The notes beneath the pieces were generated by a model. The model worked only from the letters and a program-made list of their open reading frames with translations. It had not been told where the DNA came from and ran no database searches. 64,000 bases of DNA from positions 32,001 through 96,000 of the forward strand of contig DAHVQG010000002.1 of NCBI GenBank assembly GCA_027317865.1, given 5' to 3'. The translations under genes were made by a program, and so were the position numbers. Each line of letters opens with the position of its first letter. Position 1 is the stretch's first letter. Source of the stretch: Bdellovibrionales bacterium. Lineage in GTDB: Bacteria > Bdellovibrionota > Bdellovibrionia > Bdellovibrionales > UBA1609. Below are positions 1 to 8,861 of this stretch, piece by piece.

Positions 1-630
1 GCCAATCAATACGGGATTGTTTTTCGTTCGGCGCGAAAGCACCTGAATCACGCGACGAATTTCTTCGTCGCGTCCTATAACAGGATCCAGTTTGCCCTGC
101 TCGGCCAGTTCGGTAAGATCGCGGGCATATTTTTTTAATGTATCAAATTTTACTTCGGGGTTTTCGTCCGTCACTTTTTGATTGCCTCGTTTTTCTTTCA
201 ATGTCGTCAGAAATTTTTTAGCGTCTACGCCGGCGCGTTCCAATATTCGCGTGATTTCACTATGCCGCTCTTTTAGTTGCGCCAGCAAAAAATGCTCTGT
301 CGAAACAAATGAATCGCCAAACTCTTTGGCCTCGTTTTCGGCCTGCCGAAGAAGCGACAAAAAACCTTGCGATGCCGCCAGCGGCGGTTTAGGCGCTGAA
401 CCTTGCAACTGCGGCAAATGTTTCAGCCTTTGAGTCAGAGCGGAAATCACATCGCCGGTCGACACCCCCATCGCCTCAAATACCTGGGGAACAATACCGT
501 CTTCTTGCCGGATCAGTTCAAAAATAAGGTGATCCGCTTCAAGCTGAGAGTTGCGGTTGTCTTCAGCCAGCCGCGCGGCGGCCTGTACGGCCTCCTGGCT
601 TTTTAGAGTCAACTTACTTAAATCCAACAT
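1..630 (-). CDS. clpB: ATP-dependent chaperone ClpB, N-terminal part (runs off the window edge)
   Basis: Not in the ORF track. Manual minus-strand translation from ATG at 630 gives [18 protein letters not shown]...[11 protein letters not shown]...[46 protein letters not shown], the ClpB N-domain and start of NBD1. Confidence 0.95.
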   Translation of the reverse strand, partial: MLDLSKLTLKSQEAVQAAARLAEDNRNSQLEADHLIFELIRQEDGIVPQVFEAMGVSTGDVISALTQRLKHLPQLQGSAPKPPLAASQGFLSLLRQAENEAKEFGDSFVSTEHFLLAQLKERHSEITRILERAGVDAKKFLTTLKEKRGNQKVTDENPEVKFDTLKKYARDLTELAEQGKLDPVIGRDEEIRRVIQVLSRRTKNNPVLIG

Positions 631-670
631 GACGATTACTCCGATTCAATGCTATAAGGATGAGGTCGAT

Positions 671-895
671 ATGACCACTGTCAATCCGCGCTCCATTATT
701 TTAGATAGCGTAAACCCTAAGGATTTTCGCGAACTCAACCTCATATATTGCTGTGAGCAGTGCAGCTACTTTGACAGTAAAAAAGAAACTTGCGCAATGG
801 GATTTAAGGTTGAAAAGCATCGGCGCGAAGAACAGCTCCGCCTTTATAACTTGTGTGGCAAGTTTGCCATTTGTCGCTCCCAGGAGATTGACTGA
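671..895 (+). CDS. Small Cys-rich hypothetical protein (74 aa), possibly metal-binding
   Basis: C-terminal part of ORF 551..895. ATG at 671 follows GAGG and avoids overlap with clpB. Motif YCCEQCSYF...TCAMG...LCGKFAIC. Confidence 0.7.
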   Translation: MTTVNPRSIILDSVNPKDFRELNLIYCCEQCSYFDSKKETCAMGFKVEKHRREEQLRLYNLCGKFAICRSQEID

Positions 896-900
896 ACAAT

Positions 901-1872
901 ATGCCCGCTCCGTCGGTATGGCCGCTTGTTAGCGCAGTCGTCGTTTTCTTATTCATCGCAGCGGCAGCGGTTTACTGGATCATTTCAAGAGCGCGCTCAC
1001 AACTTCGATTTGTTGAACCGGATGATCCCGACCATCGCCGTGTATTCCCAGGTTTGCCTCCTGGGCAATTTGTAGAAGTCGATGGATTTAAAATACGCTT
1101 TATTCAAGAGGGTCGCGGCCAGGACGTCGTATTGATTCACGGGTTATGTGAATCAATTGTCACCTGGAGGCTCAATTTTAACGATTTAACCAAACGCTAT
1201 AGGGTCACCGCCCTTGATCTGCCGGGTTTTGGATTTTCGTCAAAACTGGTTGAAAAAGACTATAGTCTAGATTCGCAATCGCAACGGATTTTTGAATTCA
1301 TGGACAAACTCAATATTGTAAAACCGCACTTGGTTGCGCATTCCATGGGTGGGGCTATTGCGGCCTGGATGATTAAAAGCCAGCCGACGAAAATAAACAA
1401 AGTTGTACTTCTTGCACCGGCAGTTAACAGGGCCATCATCTGGTTTCACCCACGTGCAGCCGAATGGTTCGGCAAAGTAGTCCGGCCCTTTATTGTGAAC
1501 CAGGCTTTGATCAAGCGAGTTTACCTCAAACAGTGCGTCGTTGAACCGCCGCCTGATTTTGTCGAAGCACTCCCCGAAATGTACCGGCCTTACCATAACT
1601 CCCCAAACGCCGTAAAAACGCTTTTACTGCATAACTGGCTCCTTAACGACAAACGGCTCCCCAAAGGTCTGGCCGATCTTAAAAACCCGGTTTTGGTGAT
1701 CGCTGGCGAGTCTGACCGGGTAGTGCGCCTTAAACTCATCGACGAGTTTTTAAGTTTAAATCCTAACGCACAATATATTGTCCTTTCAGATACTGGACAC
1801 CAGTTACATGAAGAAAAACCTCGCGAGGTGGTTTCTAAACTGTGTGATTTTTTTGACTCGCCGAAGGTCTGA
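901..1872 (+). CDS. Membrane-anchored alpha/beta hydrolase
   Basis: N-terminal TM helix, LIHG oxyanion motif, DLPGFG, AHSMG nucleophile elbow, GESD acid, and GH catalytic His near the C-terminus. Confidence 0.9.
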   Translation: MPAPSVWPLVSAVVVFLFIAAAAVYWIISRARSQLRFVEPDDPDHRRVFPGLPPGQFVEVDGFKIRFIQEGRGQDVVLIHGLCESIVTWRLNFNDLTKRYRVTALDLPGFGFSSKLVEKDYSLDSQSQRIFEFMDKLNIVKPHLVAHSMGGAIAAWMIKSQPTKINKVVLLAPAVNRAIIWFHPRAAEWFGKVVRPFIVNQALIKRVYLKQCVVEPPPDFVEALPEMYRPYHNSPNAVKTLLLHNWLLNDKRLPKGLADLKNPVLVIAGESDRVVRLKLIDEFLSLNPNAQYIVLSDTGHQLHEEKPREVVSKLCDFFDSPKV

Positions 1873-1973
1873 TTCGGGCTCTCTATTTAAATAAATTAGA
1901 TTTCAGCTTCGCGCCAGACTCGACTTTGGACGAATTCTACGGCGCAACCGTCTAAAAATGGACTCAAGTCCAG

Positions 1974-2000
1974 TCAAGAATCTGACTCACGTACCGAAAT
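1974..2000 (+). promoter_or_regulatory. Putative sigma-28 (FliA) promoter of the flagellin at 2246
   Basis: TCAAG-N14-ACCGAAAT compared with consensus TAAAG-N14/15-GCCGATAA, upstream of a flagellin. Confidence 0.55.
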
Positions 2001-2028
2001 TTCTAGTGTCACGTAAGAAGACCTCAAA

Positions 2029-2238
2029 CAGGAATTCACTTGAAGTCAACTTTTTTACAGGAGGACATCAAGGATGAAGTGACCGACTACAGGAGTAGAT
2101 TTCGGGGCTATTAAATACACGGCTCGGATGCCGGTTCTCTCAGGCCCCACCCGAAAACGCTAAGCGTGAGGGAGAGAGCAAAACACACAAGGAGGAATTT
2201 TATGGAATTAGAAACGTAAATTTTTAAAAAACGGAGGA
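2029..2238 (+). promoter_or_regulatory. GGA-rich flagellin 5' leader with CsrA/RsmA-type hairpins
   Basis: 12 GGA trinucleotides counted by eye. Hairpins TCA-AGGA-TGA (2068-2077), CTAC-AGGA-GTAG (2087-2098) and CGGC-TCGGAT-GCCG (2120-2133). Confidence 0.6.
2202..2219 (+). other. Putative 5-aa upstream ORF (MELET)
   Basis: AAGGAGG at 2189-2195, 6-nt spacer, then ATG GAA TTA GAA ACG TAA. Confidence 0.4.
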
Positions 2239-2245
2239 GAAAACC

Positions 2246-3082
2246 ATGGCATTACGAGTTACAACCAATATAGCTGCAATCGATGCAGAACGAAACCTTG
2301 CCGGCATGCAAGGAAAAATGCAAAAAAGCTTCGCTCAATTATCGAGCGGTCACCGCATTACCAGTGCTGGCGACGACCCCGCCGGACTGGCCATATCTGA
2401 AAACTTGAAAGCGCAAATTCGGTCAACCCGACAAGCGCACCGCAACGCGAGCGATGGTGTGTCAATGGTGCAAGTGGCGGAAGGCGGCCTCAACACAATC
2501 GGCAACATGATCATTCGTCTTCGCGAACTCGCAATGCAAGCCGCTTCAGACACTGTCAGCCATAGAGACCGTGGCTTCATTAACAAAGAAGTTCAGCAGC
2601 TCAAAGATGAAATTCAGCGGGTTGCAAATACGACCACTTGGGGCAAAACAAAGTTGCTCAACGGTTCAACTCCAAATTTCGACTTTCAAGTGGGTATTTT
2701 CAATAATAAATTTAACGACCGCATCTCATTCAAAGCGAGCAAAAACGTGGCAACCTTAGATGCTCTTGGATTGGATGGCCTCGACTACACAACCAAAGAA
2801 GGGGCACAAGAAGCCCTGGGAGAGCTCGATCATGCTCAAAACAATGTGAGCGGTATGCGTGCGAATCTCGGAGCTCTGCAAAACAGGTTGCAATCAACGA
2901 TTAGCAATTTGGGGATATCTGAAGAAAACTTGTCAGCCGCCAAAAGCCGGATTAGCGATACTGACGTGGCTGCATCAACAGCCGCTCTTGTGAAAAACAA
3001 GATTTTGATGCAAGCAGGTATTGCCTCTTTGGCTCAAGCGAACCAAATGAATGAAGTCGCACTCAATTTAATCCACGGCTAA
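2246..3082 (+). CDS. fliC: Flagellin (short, D0-D1 only)
   Basis: MALRVTTNIAA...QLSSGHRITSAGDDPAGLAISE...NRLQSTISNL...SRISDTDVA...AQANQ. SD GGAGGAG. Confidence 0.97.
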   Translation: MALRVTTNIAAIDAERNLAGMQGKMQKSFAQLSSGHRITSAGDDPAGLAISENLKAQIRSTRQAHRNASDGVSMVQVAEGGLNTIGNMIIRLRELAMQAASDTVSHRDRGFINKEVQQLKDEIQRVANTTTWGKTKLLNGSTPNFDFQVGIFNNKFNDRISFKASKNVATLDALGLDGLDYTTKEGAQEALGELDHAQNNVSGMRANLGALQNRLQSTISNLGISEENLSAAKSRISDTDVAASTAALVKNKILMQAGIASLAQANQMNEVALNLIHG

Positions 3083-3104
3083 GGCAATTAGATTCATAAC
3101 CCTT

Positions 3105-3170
3105 ACGGCCGTCCGTCGAGGACGGTCGTGAAAATAAACCCGGTGCATCGACACCGGGTTTACCATTTTT
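3105..3170 (+). terminator. Tandem hairpins / intrinsic terminator after flagellin
   Basis: ACGGCCGTCC-gtcga-GGACGGTCGT (3105-3129), then TAAACCCGGTG-catcga-CACCGGGTTTA (3135-3162) followed by ccATTTTT. Confidence 0.7.
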
Positions 3171-3259
3171 GTGTTGACCGCACGTTCGATTTCTTTAAAA
3201 AAGATAGTCTAGGGTAAGAAATCCGAAGTCGTCTTTGGCACCATCAAAACGAGGGATAT

Positions 3260-3703
3260 ATGGCAAGAAAAAAAGCGGGCAAAAAAACAAGTCGATCAAC
3301 AAAAAAAACTACACGAAGCACTAAAGCTAAACGCAAATCCGCAACTCGCGGGCGCGCAACGCCAAATCGTCGATCAAAGAAATCGACGACGAAACGTTCA
3401 GCCGCCCCCAAAAGATCGGCGGCAAAACGGTCACGTGTAAAACCGAAAGCATCTGGCGCCAGTGGAACCTTAGCCAGCACAACAGTCACTGCCGCGTTTT
3501 TCTCGGAGCAGGACGACTCAGAAGATGAGCTAGGCCAACCGACAGAAGGCGTCAGCTACGAAGCCGTCGACGATTTGACTGAAGACGATCTCGACGAAAT
3601 GGAATCGGAGCAACCTGAAAGCGAAGACGAAAATAGTGAAGACGATGATGACGTTGTCGACCCCGACGATGATTCGTCAGAGGATGAAGGCAGCTATTTC
3701 TAA
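3260..3703 (+). CDS. Disordered protein with a basic histone-H1-like N-half and an acidic C-half
   Basis: K/R/S/T/A-rich N-terminal half and D/E-rich C-terminal half. SD GAGGG before the ATG. Confidence 0.75.
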   Translation: MARKKAGKKTSRSTKKTTRSTKAKRKSATRGRATPNRRSKKSTTKRSAAPKRSAAKRSRVKPKASGASGTLASTTVTAAFFSEQDDSEDELGQPTEGVSYEAVDDLTEDDLDEMESEQPESEDENSEDDDDVVDPDDDSSEDEGSYF

Positions 3704-3796
3704 TCGTTTCAGCGTGGCTGAAAAATCCTCCATCTTTTCTCGATAAGTATTAAAAGCTGAACGACTAAATAAATGTAGAAGGTGGAGAAAGTTTTC

Positions 3797-4468
3797 ATGA
3801 CTCGTTTACTCAATCTTCGATCTATTTTTTTAATCGGCATTTCAATATTATCTTGGAGCCTGTCCGGGTACGCGCAGGCAGTGGACGGAAATTTCGTCGT
3901 TGTACGCGGTCAAGTACAGTTAAAAAGTGCGGCAAATGGCAAAATAACGAAAGCAAAAGTCGGCGAGCGTATTCGCCCTGAAGATACGATCATTACTGGC
4001 AAAGAATCGCGAGCCAAAGTCGTGATGGTAGACGGCAACGTCATCAACGTTTTGCCGAAGTCGAGTTTTGAGATCAAAACCTATGTATATAAGCCGCAAA
4101 AAAATAAGAAGAATGTTTTACTTCATCTTATGTACGGCAAAATTCGCGCAATGGTTCAACAAAAATACTACGGTGCAAATAAATTTCGCATCACTACTCC
4201 TTCGGCAGCAGTTGGGGTTCACGGTACAGATTTTATAACTAGCTATAATACATCGACTCACGTGACTTCGATTATGACGTTTCGTGGCCGGGTTGAATTC
4301 GGTCACCTGAATTCCGCCGGGCACTTTGTTAATCCAGTATTCGTAAACGCCGGGGAAATGAGCCGGATACTCGCTTTTAGACGGCCGATGCCGCCGACTC
4401 GAATGTCAAAAAAGTTCATGATTAAAATGAAACGCGAGTCGGAAGCCGCAACAGGAGCCGCACCATAA
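3797..4468 (+). CDS. Secreted FecR-domain protein
   Basis: Signal peptide ending YAQA; DTIITGKESRAKVVMVDG; ITTPSAAVGVHGTDF FecR signature. ATG 3797 follows GGAG. Confidence 0.85.
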   Translation: MTRLLNLRSIFLIGISILSWSLSGYAQAVDGNFVVVRGQVQLKSAANGKITKAKVGERIRPEDTIITGKESRAKVVMVDGNVINVLPKSSFEIKTYVYKPQKNKKNVLLHLMYGKIRAMVQQKYYGANKFRITTPSAAVGVHGTDFITSYNTSTHVTSIMTFRGRVEFGHLNSAGHFVNPVFVNAGEMSRILAFRRPMPPTRMSKKFMIKMKRESEAATGAAP

Positions 4469-4479
4469 TCTGGACCATA

Positions 4480-5700
4480 GTGAAAGCAGCACTTACCGTC
4501 ATTTTTGGATTGATATTTTTAGATTTACAAGTCGCAAACGCGAGTACGGCAATGCCAATCATTGCGCGCGATCCAATTAACGGTAAAATAGCTGAGATTT
4601 TTCTAGCAGAGACCGCGCTTAATTCGTCCATTTTTGAAGACCACTTTATTAATCGCTTGAGCTCTTCGCAGAGCCTATGGAACCAGAAATGGTCAATCGA
4701 TGCATCGGACTCGATGATTTACGACTCGGACATTTTGCTTCATCCAATCAACGCCGATCCCACGACCGCTTATCCGTCATTTCAGGGCGGCGGCCGCACG
4801 GATGGCAATATTTTGGTTGAACACCAACTGTTTAACACGAGCAGGTCTCAAATGAGCCTTGTCGGGAACGGCAATTATATGTGGTCTTTTAACCCTGTTT
4901 TTGCCGCGGGCGACCCGACTGACCTCACCCTTAACGCGCCCTACTCGCTGAAAGGGGTCTGGCGCCGCAAACAATATGAACTGACATTTGTACCCGGTTT
5001 CGAAACGCTTGATATGGATTACAACAACACCAGCGGCGGAGTCAGTCGACCCGATATACTTAATTCGTTTACCGGTGAAATCGACTGGCTGCTCGCCATG
5101 CGGTCGAATTGGCTATCCAATACCACGTTTAATATTCGCCATGATCAATCGCTGTTGCCGGACGGCGGCCCGGACGATGCGACCGCGATGAAATATGAAA
5201 TTTTTCAAGAAGAGTCTTTCTTTATAAATCCTGAAAAAACTCGCGCGTTCCAAAGTTTCGTTGGATTCACATACAATGCGGCTCTAGGAATAAACGAAAT
5301 ATTTAACCGTATCGAAGCCGGCGGCCTTTACTCGGCTCCGCTTAAGAAATTTCAAAATGTTTTTTGGGATGCAGCGGCGACTGTTTATCATATGACTTAT
5401 CCGAATAAAGAAATAAACGTCGGCCAAAAAGGTGAAACGGACGACGATACGACTTTAGCGGCCGGTCTTACAAAATTCGTGAATTCACACTGGAGCGGCA
5501 TGTTCACGGCGTCGTACACTACGAATACCTCGAACGTCGACACGTCAAAATACAACAAATACGTCGTCATGGCCACAATCGATTACCACTGGGATGGCAG
5601 CCCTCAGGGGTCAGCGGGGTTGCAAGGCGAACCCGTGCACAGTATGTCATACTTCAGCGCCGGTAGTACCGGAACTGATTCAAACACCGGATCATATTGA
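4480..5700 (+). CDS. Putative outer-membrane beta-barrel protein
   Basis: Signal peptide (VANA), alternating aromatic/hydrophobic strands, terminal strand YVVMATIDYHW. Lies directly after the FecR gene. Confidence 0.6.
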   Translation: MKAALTVIFGLIFLDLQVANASTAMPIIARDPINGKIAEIFLAETALNSSIFEDHFINRLSSSQSLWNQKWSIDASDSMIYDSDILLHPINADPTTAYPSFQGGGRTDGNILVEHQLFNTSRSQMSLVGNGNYMWSFNPVFAAGDPTDLTLNAPYSLKGVWRRKQYELTFVPGFETLDMDYNNTSGGVSRPDILNSFTGEIDWLLAMRSNWLSNTTFNIRHDQSLLPDGGPDDATAMKYEIFQEESFFINPEKTRAFQSFVGFTYNAALGINEIFNRIEAGGLYSAPLKKFQNVFWDAAATVYHMTYPNKEINVGQKGETDDDTTLAAGLTKFVNSHWSGMFTASYTTNTSNVDTSKYNKYVVMATIDYHWDGSPQGSAGLQGEPVHSMSYFSAGSTGTDSNTGSY

Positions 5701-7061
5701 AACGAAAACTCGCCGAGTGAGAAAACCGCACTTTCAGCCACAATTACGCCCTGAACCGTTCCTAAATAACGGCTATGAATGAGTGGCGCATTGAGAAGAA
5801 TATGTTGAAAGTTTATTGAGGCACGAGTTTGCCCTGCCGCCGATATCCCCGTCGGGAGATTACCTGGCACGGAGGCATCTTGCAGAAGGGGCAATCCGAT
5901 GTTTTCGCCTTGGGCGTAAATGGAATTAGCGAACGTTTGGTACGCACTCGCATTCGGCGCTTGTCGCAGAACCATATTACCGCGAACGTCGTAAAGAAGG
6001 CGCACTTCAAGTGGCGGAAGTACTGTATTACTTTGAGTTGTTGCATCGTATGGGCCGTCGGGCGTGCCGTCACCATTTTCCGCTTCGCCGTTTAGCCCCA
6101 CCCCCATAAGAATGGCCGTCGCACTTGTGATCTGCAAATTGTCTGTCGGGTCGACAGTCGCACCTGAGTTCAGATATGTCACCGGGCCTTCAATAAATAC
6201 CGGACCCGTTACGTACAGCCGACAGCCTTCGTTTTCGGCGAAAAGTTGCAAGCTATTTAAAACAAGCGTGCCGTTTACAACGACGTCCTTGCCTGAGCAG
6301 TTGAGGTTGCCGGAGTTCGTAAAATACGGCTCATTATTTACGCCAGTGGCTTCAGTTAAATTGTTTAGACCGGTTGAAGGATTGCCCAAAACTTGAACGA
6401 AAGGTTGAGCTGAATTGTCATTTGGCGCAAGAGCCAATATCTCGGCAGTTGTCGGTGCTCCGATATAAATGTTTGATTCTGTGACAACAGCGGGTTTAGT
6501 ACCCGAGTTTACCGAATACGTAAAACTTGGGTTTGCCGCCGGGTTGGGAACGTTGAAAAAATTGTTCCAATAGGTGCCAAAATTATTAATAGTGGACAGA
6601 GTCAAATATTTTTCTAAACTTATATCGCTCGAAAGCGGGGTTGCAGTCGTCTGCAACTGTGAATTCACATAACTCGCATTTACTGTAGCATCGGGAATGA
6701 TCACTTGCCCGTTTAACTGATTAATAGTTTGCCAGGTTGTGGCGACATAATGATATCCACCGAAATTTGTCGGATTGTTGAACCCGTTCATATACCACGA
6801 ATCACCGTAGCCGAAGTCAGTAATTAAATTCGACTGAATGTTCGCGTGGCAGGCAATGCACGTCGTGTCCCGAATCGCGACTGCCGGTTGAAATTCTTCG
6901 ATTGTGGGTGTTGTACCTCCGCCTGCCGTCCCAGCTGTTGTTTCATTTTGAGGCGTTGACTGTGATGAAGAAAACCGGACTTGCCCGCAATTTTGAAATG
7001 CGACAGAGACAAATGCAAAGGCTCCGATAATGAAAATGTACTTTCTGTGCCCCGCTCCCAT
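5604..7061 (-). CDS. Lipoprotein with one CxxCH (possible c-type heme) and an N/T/G-rich beta-rich body
   Basis: Signal ending AFQNC (Bdellovibrio-style lipobox), CIACH at 6846-6860, SD GAGGGGG. Confidence 0.75.
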   Translation of the reverse strand: MGAGHRKYIFIIGAFAFVSVAFQNCGQVRFSSSQSTPQNETTAGTAGGGTTPTIEEFQPAVAIRDTTCIACHANIQSNLITDFGYGDSWYMNGFNNPTNFGGYHYVATTWQTINQLNGQVIIPDATVNASYVNSQLQTTATPLSSDISLEKYLTLSTINNFGTYWNNFFNVPNPAANPSFTYSVNSGTKPAVVTESNIYIGAPTTAEILALAPNDNSAQPFVQVLGNPSTGLNNLTEATGVNNEPYFTNSGNLNCSGKDVVVNGTLVLNSLQLFAENEGCRLYVTGPVFIEGPVTYLNSGATVDPTDNLQITSATAILMGVGLNGEAENGDGTPDGPYDATTQSNTVLPPLEVRLLYDVRGNMVLRQAPNASAYQTFANSIYAQGENIGLPLLQDASVPGNLPTGISAAGQTRASINFQHILLNAPLIHSRYLGTVQGVIVAESAVFSLGEFSFQYDPVFESVPVLPALKYDILCTGSPCNPADP

Positions 7062-7141
7062 TTTTACGTCCCCCTCAGAACCGTCCGTGCTCGCTTAACA
7101 CGCGAGCACTCCTCACCCGTAGACTTCAAATTATATTAATT

Positions 7142-7157
7142 TGCATAATTGGGGCCA
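7142..7157 (-). promoter_or_regulatory. Putative sigma-54 promoter of the CxxCH lipoprotein gene
   Basis: Minus strand TGGCCCC-AATT-ATGCA, with GG-N10-GC spacing, ~80 nt upstream of the ATG. Confidence 0.45.
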
Positions 7158-7223
7158 TGCATTGAACAATAAGGGCGATTTGAGTGATGATTTTTTTGAC
7201 AGTGTTTAACCGCTAAACATTAT

Positions 7224-7847
7224 TTAGTTGAGGTAAGCCTCAAGCCGCTCCGACGTTTCAGTAGCTAGCTCGTGCCAATCGAGAAGCCCCCCCAGTTGAG
7301 TGGTCATTTCACCCTCAAGCCGCTCATGATCGCGAACAGAAACGCGCACGATCGATTGAAAGCGTTCGTCCGGAGGTAAAACGCCTTGCAAATGCAAGAA
7401 CTTCAACTGAAATTGCAGACGTAAAAAATTAAGTTCACGACTCGTTTCCGCCGCCCGTAAACTGTGACCCAAAAGATTGAATGTTTCTTTATGACGATCG
7501 CCTTCGCGTGCGGCACGGCTTACGATACGCACAAACTGTAGAGCCATATCAATGCGATCATATTCGGTTTTAAGTTTTGCAAAGTCGTCAAGGAGGGTTG
7601 CCTCTTGCAAAACCGGTAAACGCTCGACTCCGGATATCTCATCGCTTGACCGGCGAGTCACAGTGACCGCCAAATGGTGGGTCGGTTCAAGCACCCCGCC
7701 ACCAAACCTTTTACGGCTTCTCAACGCTGATTTTGCAATGACAGAATAGACTTCGCCGCCCGCCGATATAAATTTCAAAATAAGATCGGCTTCTGCGTAT
7801 TTAACTTTGCTGAGGCAAATAACGCGATCACTAATCCGCTGAACCAT
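7224..7847 (-). CDS. recO: DNA repair protein RecO
   Basis: KYAEADLILKFIS...AKSALRSRKRFGGGVLEP RecO N-terminal OB-fold pattern. Confidence 0.9.
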   Translation of the reverse strand: MVQRISDRVICLSKVKYAEADLILKFISAGGEVYSVIAKSALRSRKRFGGGVLEPTHHLAVTVTRRSSDEISGVERLPVLQEATLLDDFAKLKTEYDRIDMALQFVRIVSRAAREGDRHKETFNLLGHSLRAAETSRELNFLRLQFQLKFLHLQGVLPPDERFQSIVRVSVRDHERLEGEMTTQLGGLLDWHELATETSERLEAYLN

Positions 7848-8844
7848 ATTGGTCTTTTAGCACGTCGTTACGCGCTTGTGAAAGTGCCTCGGTGAATCCG
7901 CCGGCTGTGCGAAATGAACTTGATACCATGATCAGGCCGCGAAGAATGTTAGGGTCAATTCCCCATTCTCTATAAAAATCCATTGTTTTGACTCCGCCCC
8001 ATCGCGAAAGACTGGTGGTTTCAATGCGATTCTCGAAACCCGGTGATCGCAAACTGAAATTGAGCCGCGAAGCCAAGCGATCAATCAGTGCGTAACCGTC
8101 TATATCACTCCAATAGATTAAAGCTCGATCATTAATTCGATCTCCACGATCGGGCCATAGGACGCTCGCATGCACGGCTAAAGCCAAATCGTTTTGCCAT
8201 GCACTAACACTCTCTTCACTTAACGGTGCCGGATGAACAACTTCATTTAGCATCTCATCGGTCACATCGTCGTAAAACAATTGAGGGGCTGTTTGCACAC
8301 CGAAGCGCGTGCGATCGCCCAAACAGGCCAGCGCCAATGTTGGGACCGCAAGTGAATAAAGATTAACTCTATACCGAGGTGACTCACTCGACAGACCGGA
8401 AATGAAGTGCCGTGCGTGCGAAACGCGAATTTGCACTAAATTTTTATCGGCAAGCAATGACTCAAGCTTTTCACAATTGTACGTACGACCCAACAGCGGA
8501 TCGTCAACACTATAAAGTAAAAGTAAATCTTCGCGTCCGAGCGTCGAAACCCATTCGTCGGGAGCGTCTAAAACGCTCAATTCAAGCGGCATCAACTTAT
8601 AACCAAGTTTAGCCAACGGCAAAATTGCCATTTCGAAATATGGGTTCATTTTGTTGAAATAAAAAACCTTTTTCTTTAGCGGATAAAGTTGCGACACGCC
8701 TATAACAGCTTCGACAAGCGCGTGTCTTATCCCTTGATAGATGCGGGCTTCAGCGCCAAAGTCTACAGCATGACCCGCCAGCCTCTCGCTAACTGAATCG
8801 TTAATTCTTTGCCAATTCCCTGAAGCACGAAAATCGATGTGCAC
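7831..8844 (-). CDS. Hypothetical protein, probably a degenerate IscS/NifS-fold (class V PLP) protein
   Basis: Segment pattern parallels IscS (LAKLGYKLMPL, LLYSVDDPLLG, IDGYALIDRL, WGIDPNILRGLIMVS), but ETTSLSRW replaces SSGSACT. Confidence 0.6.
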   Translation of the reverse strand: MHIDFRASGNWQRINDSVSERLAGHAVDFGAEARIYQGIRHALVEAVIGVSQLYPLKKKVFYFNKMNPYFEMAILPLAKLGYKLMPLELSVLDAPDEWVSTLGREDLLLLYSVDDPLLGRTYNCEKLESLLADKNLVQIRVSHARHFISGLSSESPRYRVNLYSLAVPTLALACLGDRTRFGVQTAPQLFYDDVTDEMLNEVVHPAPLSEESVSAWQNDLALAVHASVLWPDRGDRINDRALIYWSDIDGYALIDRLASRLNFSLRSPGFENRIETTSLSRWGGVKTMDFYREWGIDPNILRGLIMVSSSFRTAGGFTEALSQARNDVLKDQYGSAD

Positions 8845-8861
8845 TCACGCACCGCCGGCCA

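Noticed and set aside
182-606. Plus-strand ORFs 182..433 and 403..606
   Set aside because: They are antisense shadows of the clpB reading frame.
3719-3746. TGAAA-N15-CTCGATAA as a sigma-28 promoter for the FecR gene
   Set aside because: Both boxes match only weakly, so it was not counted in the regulon.
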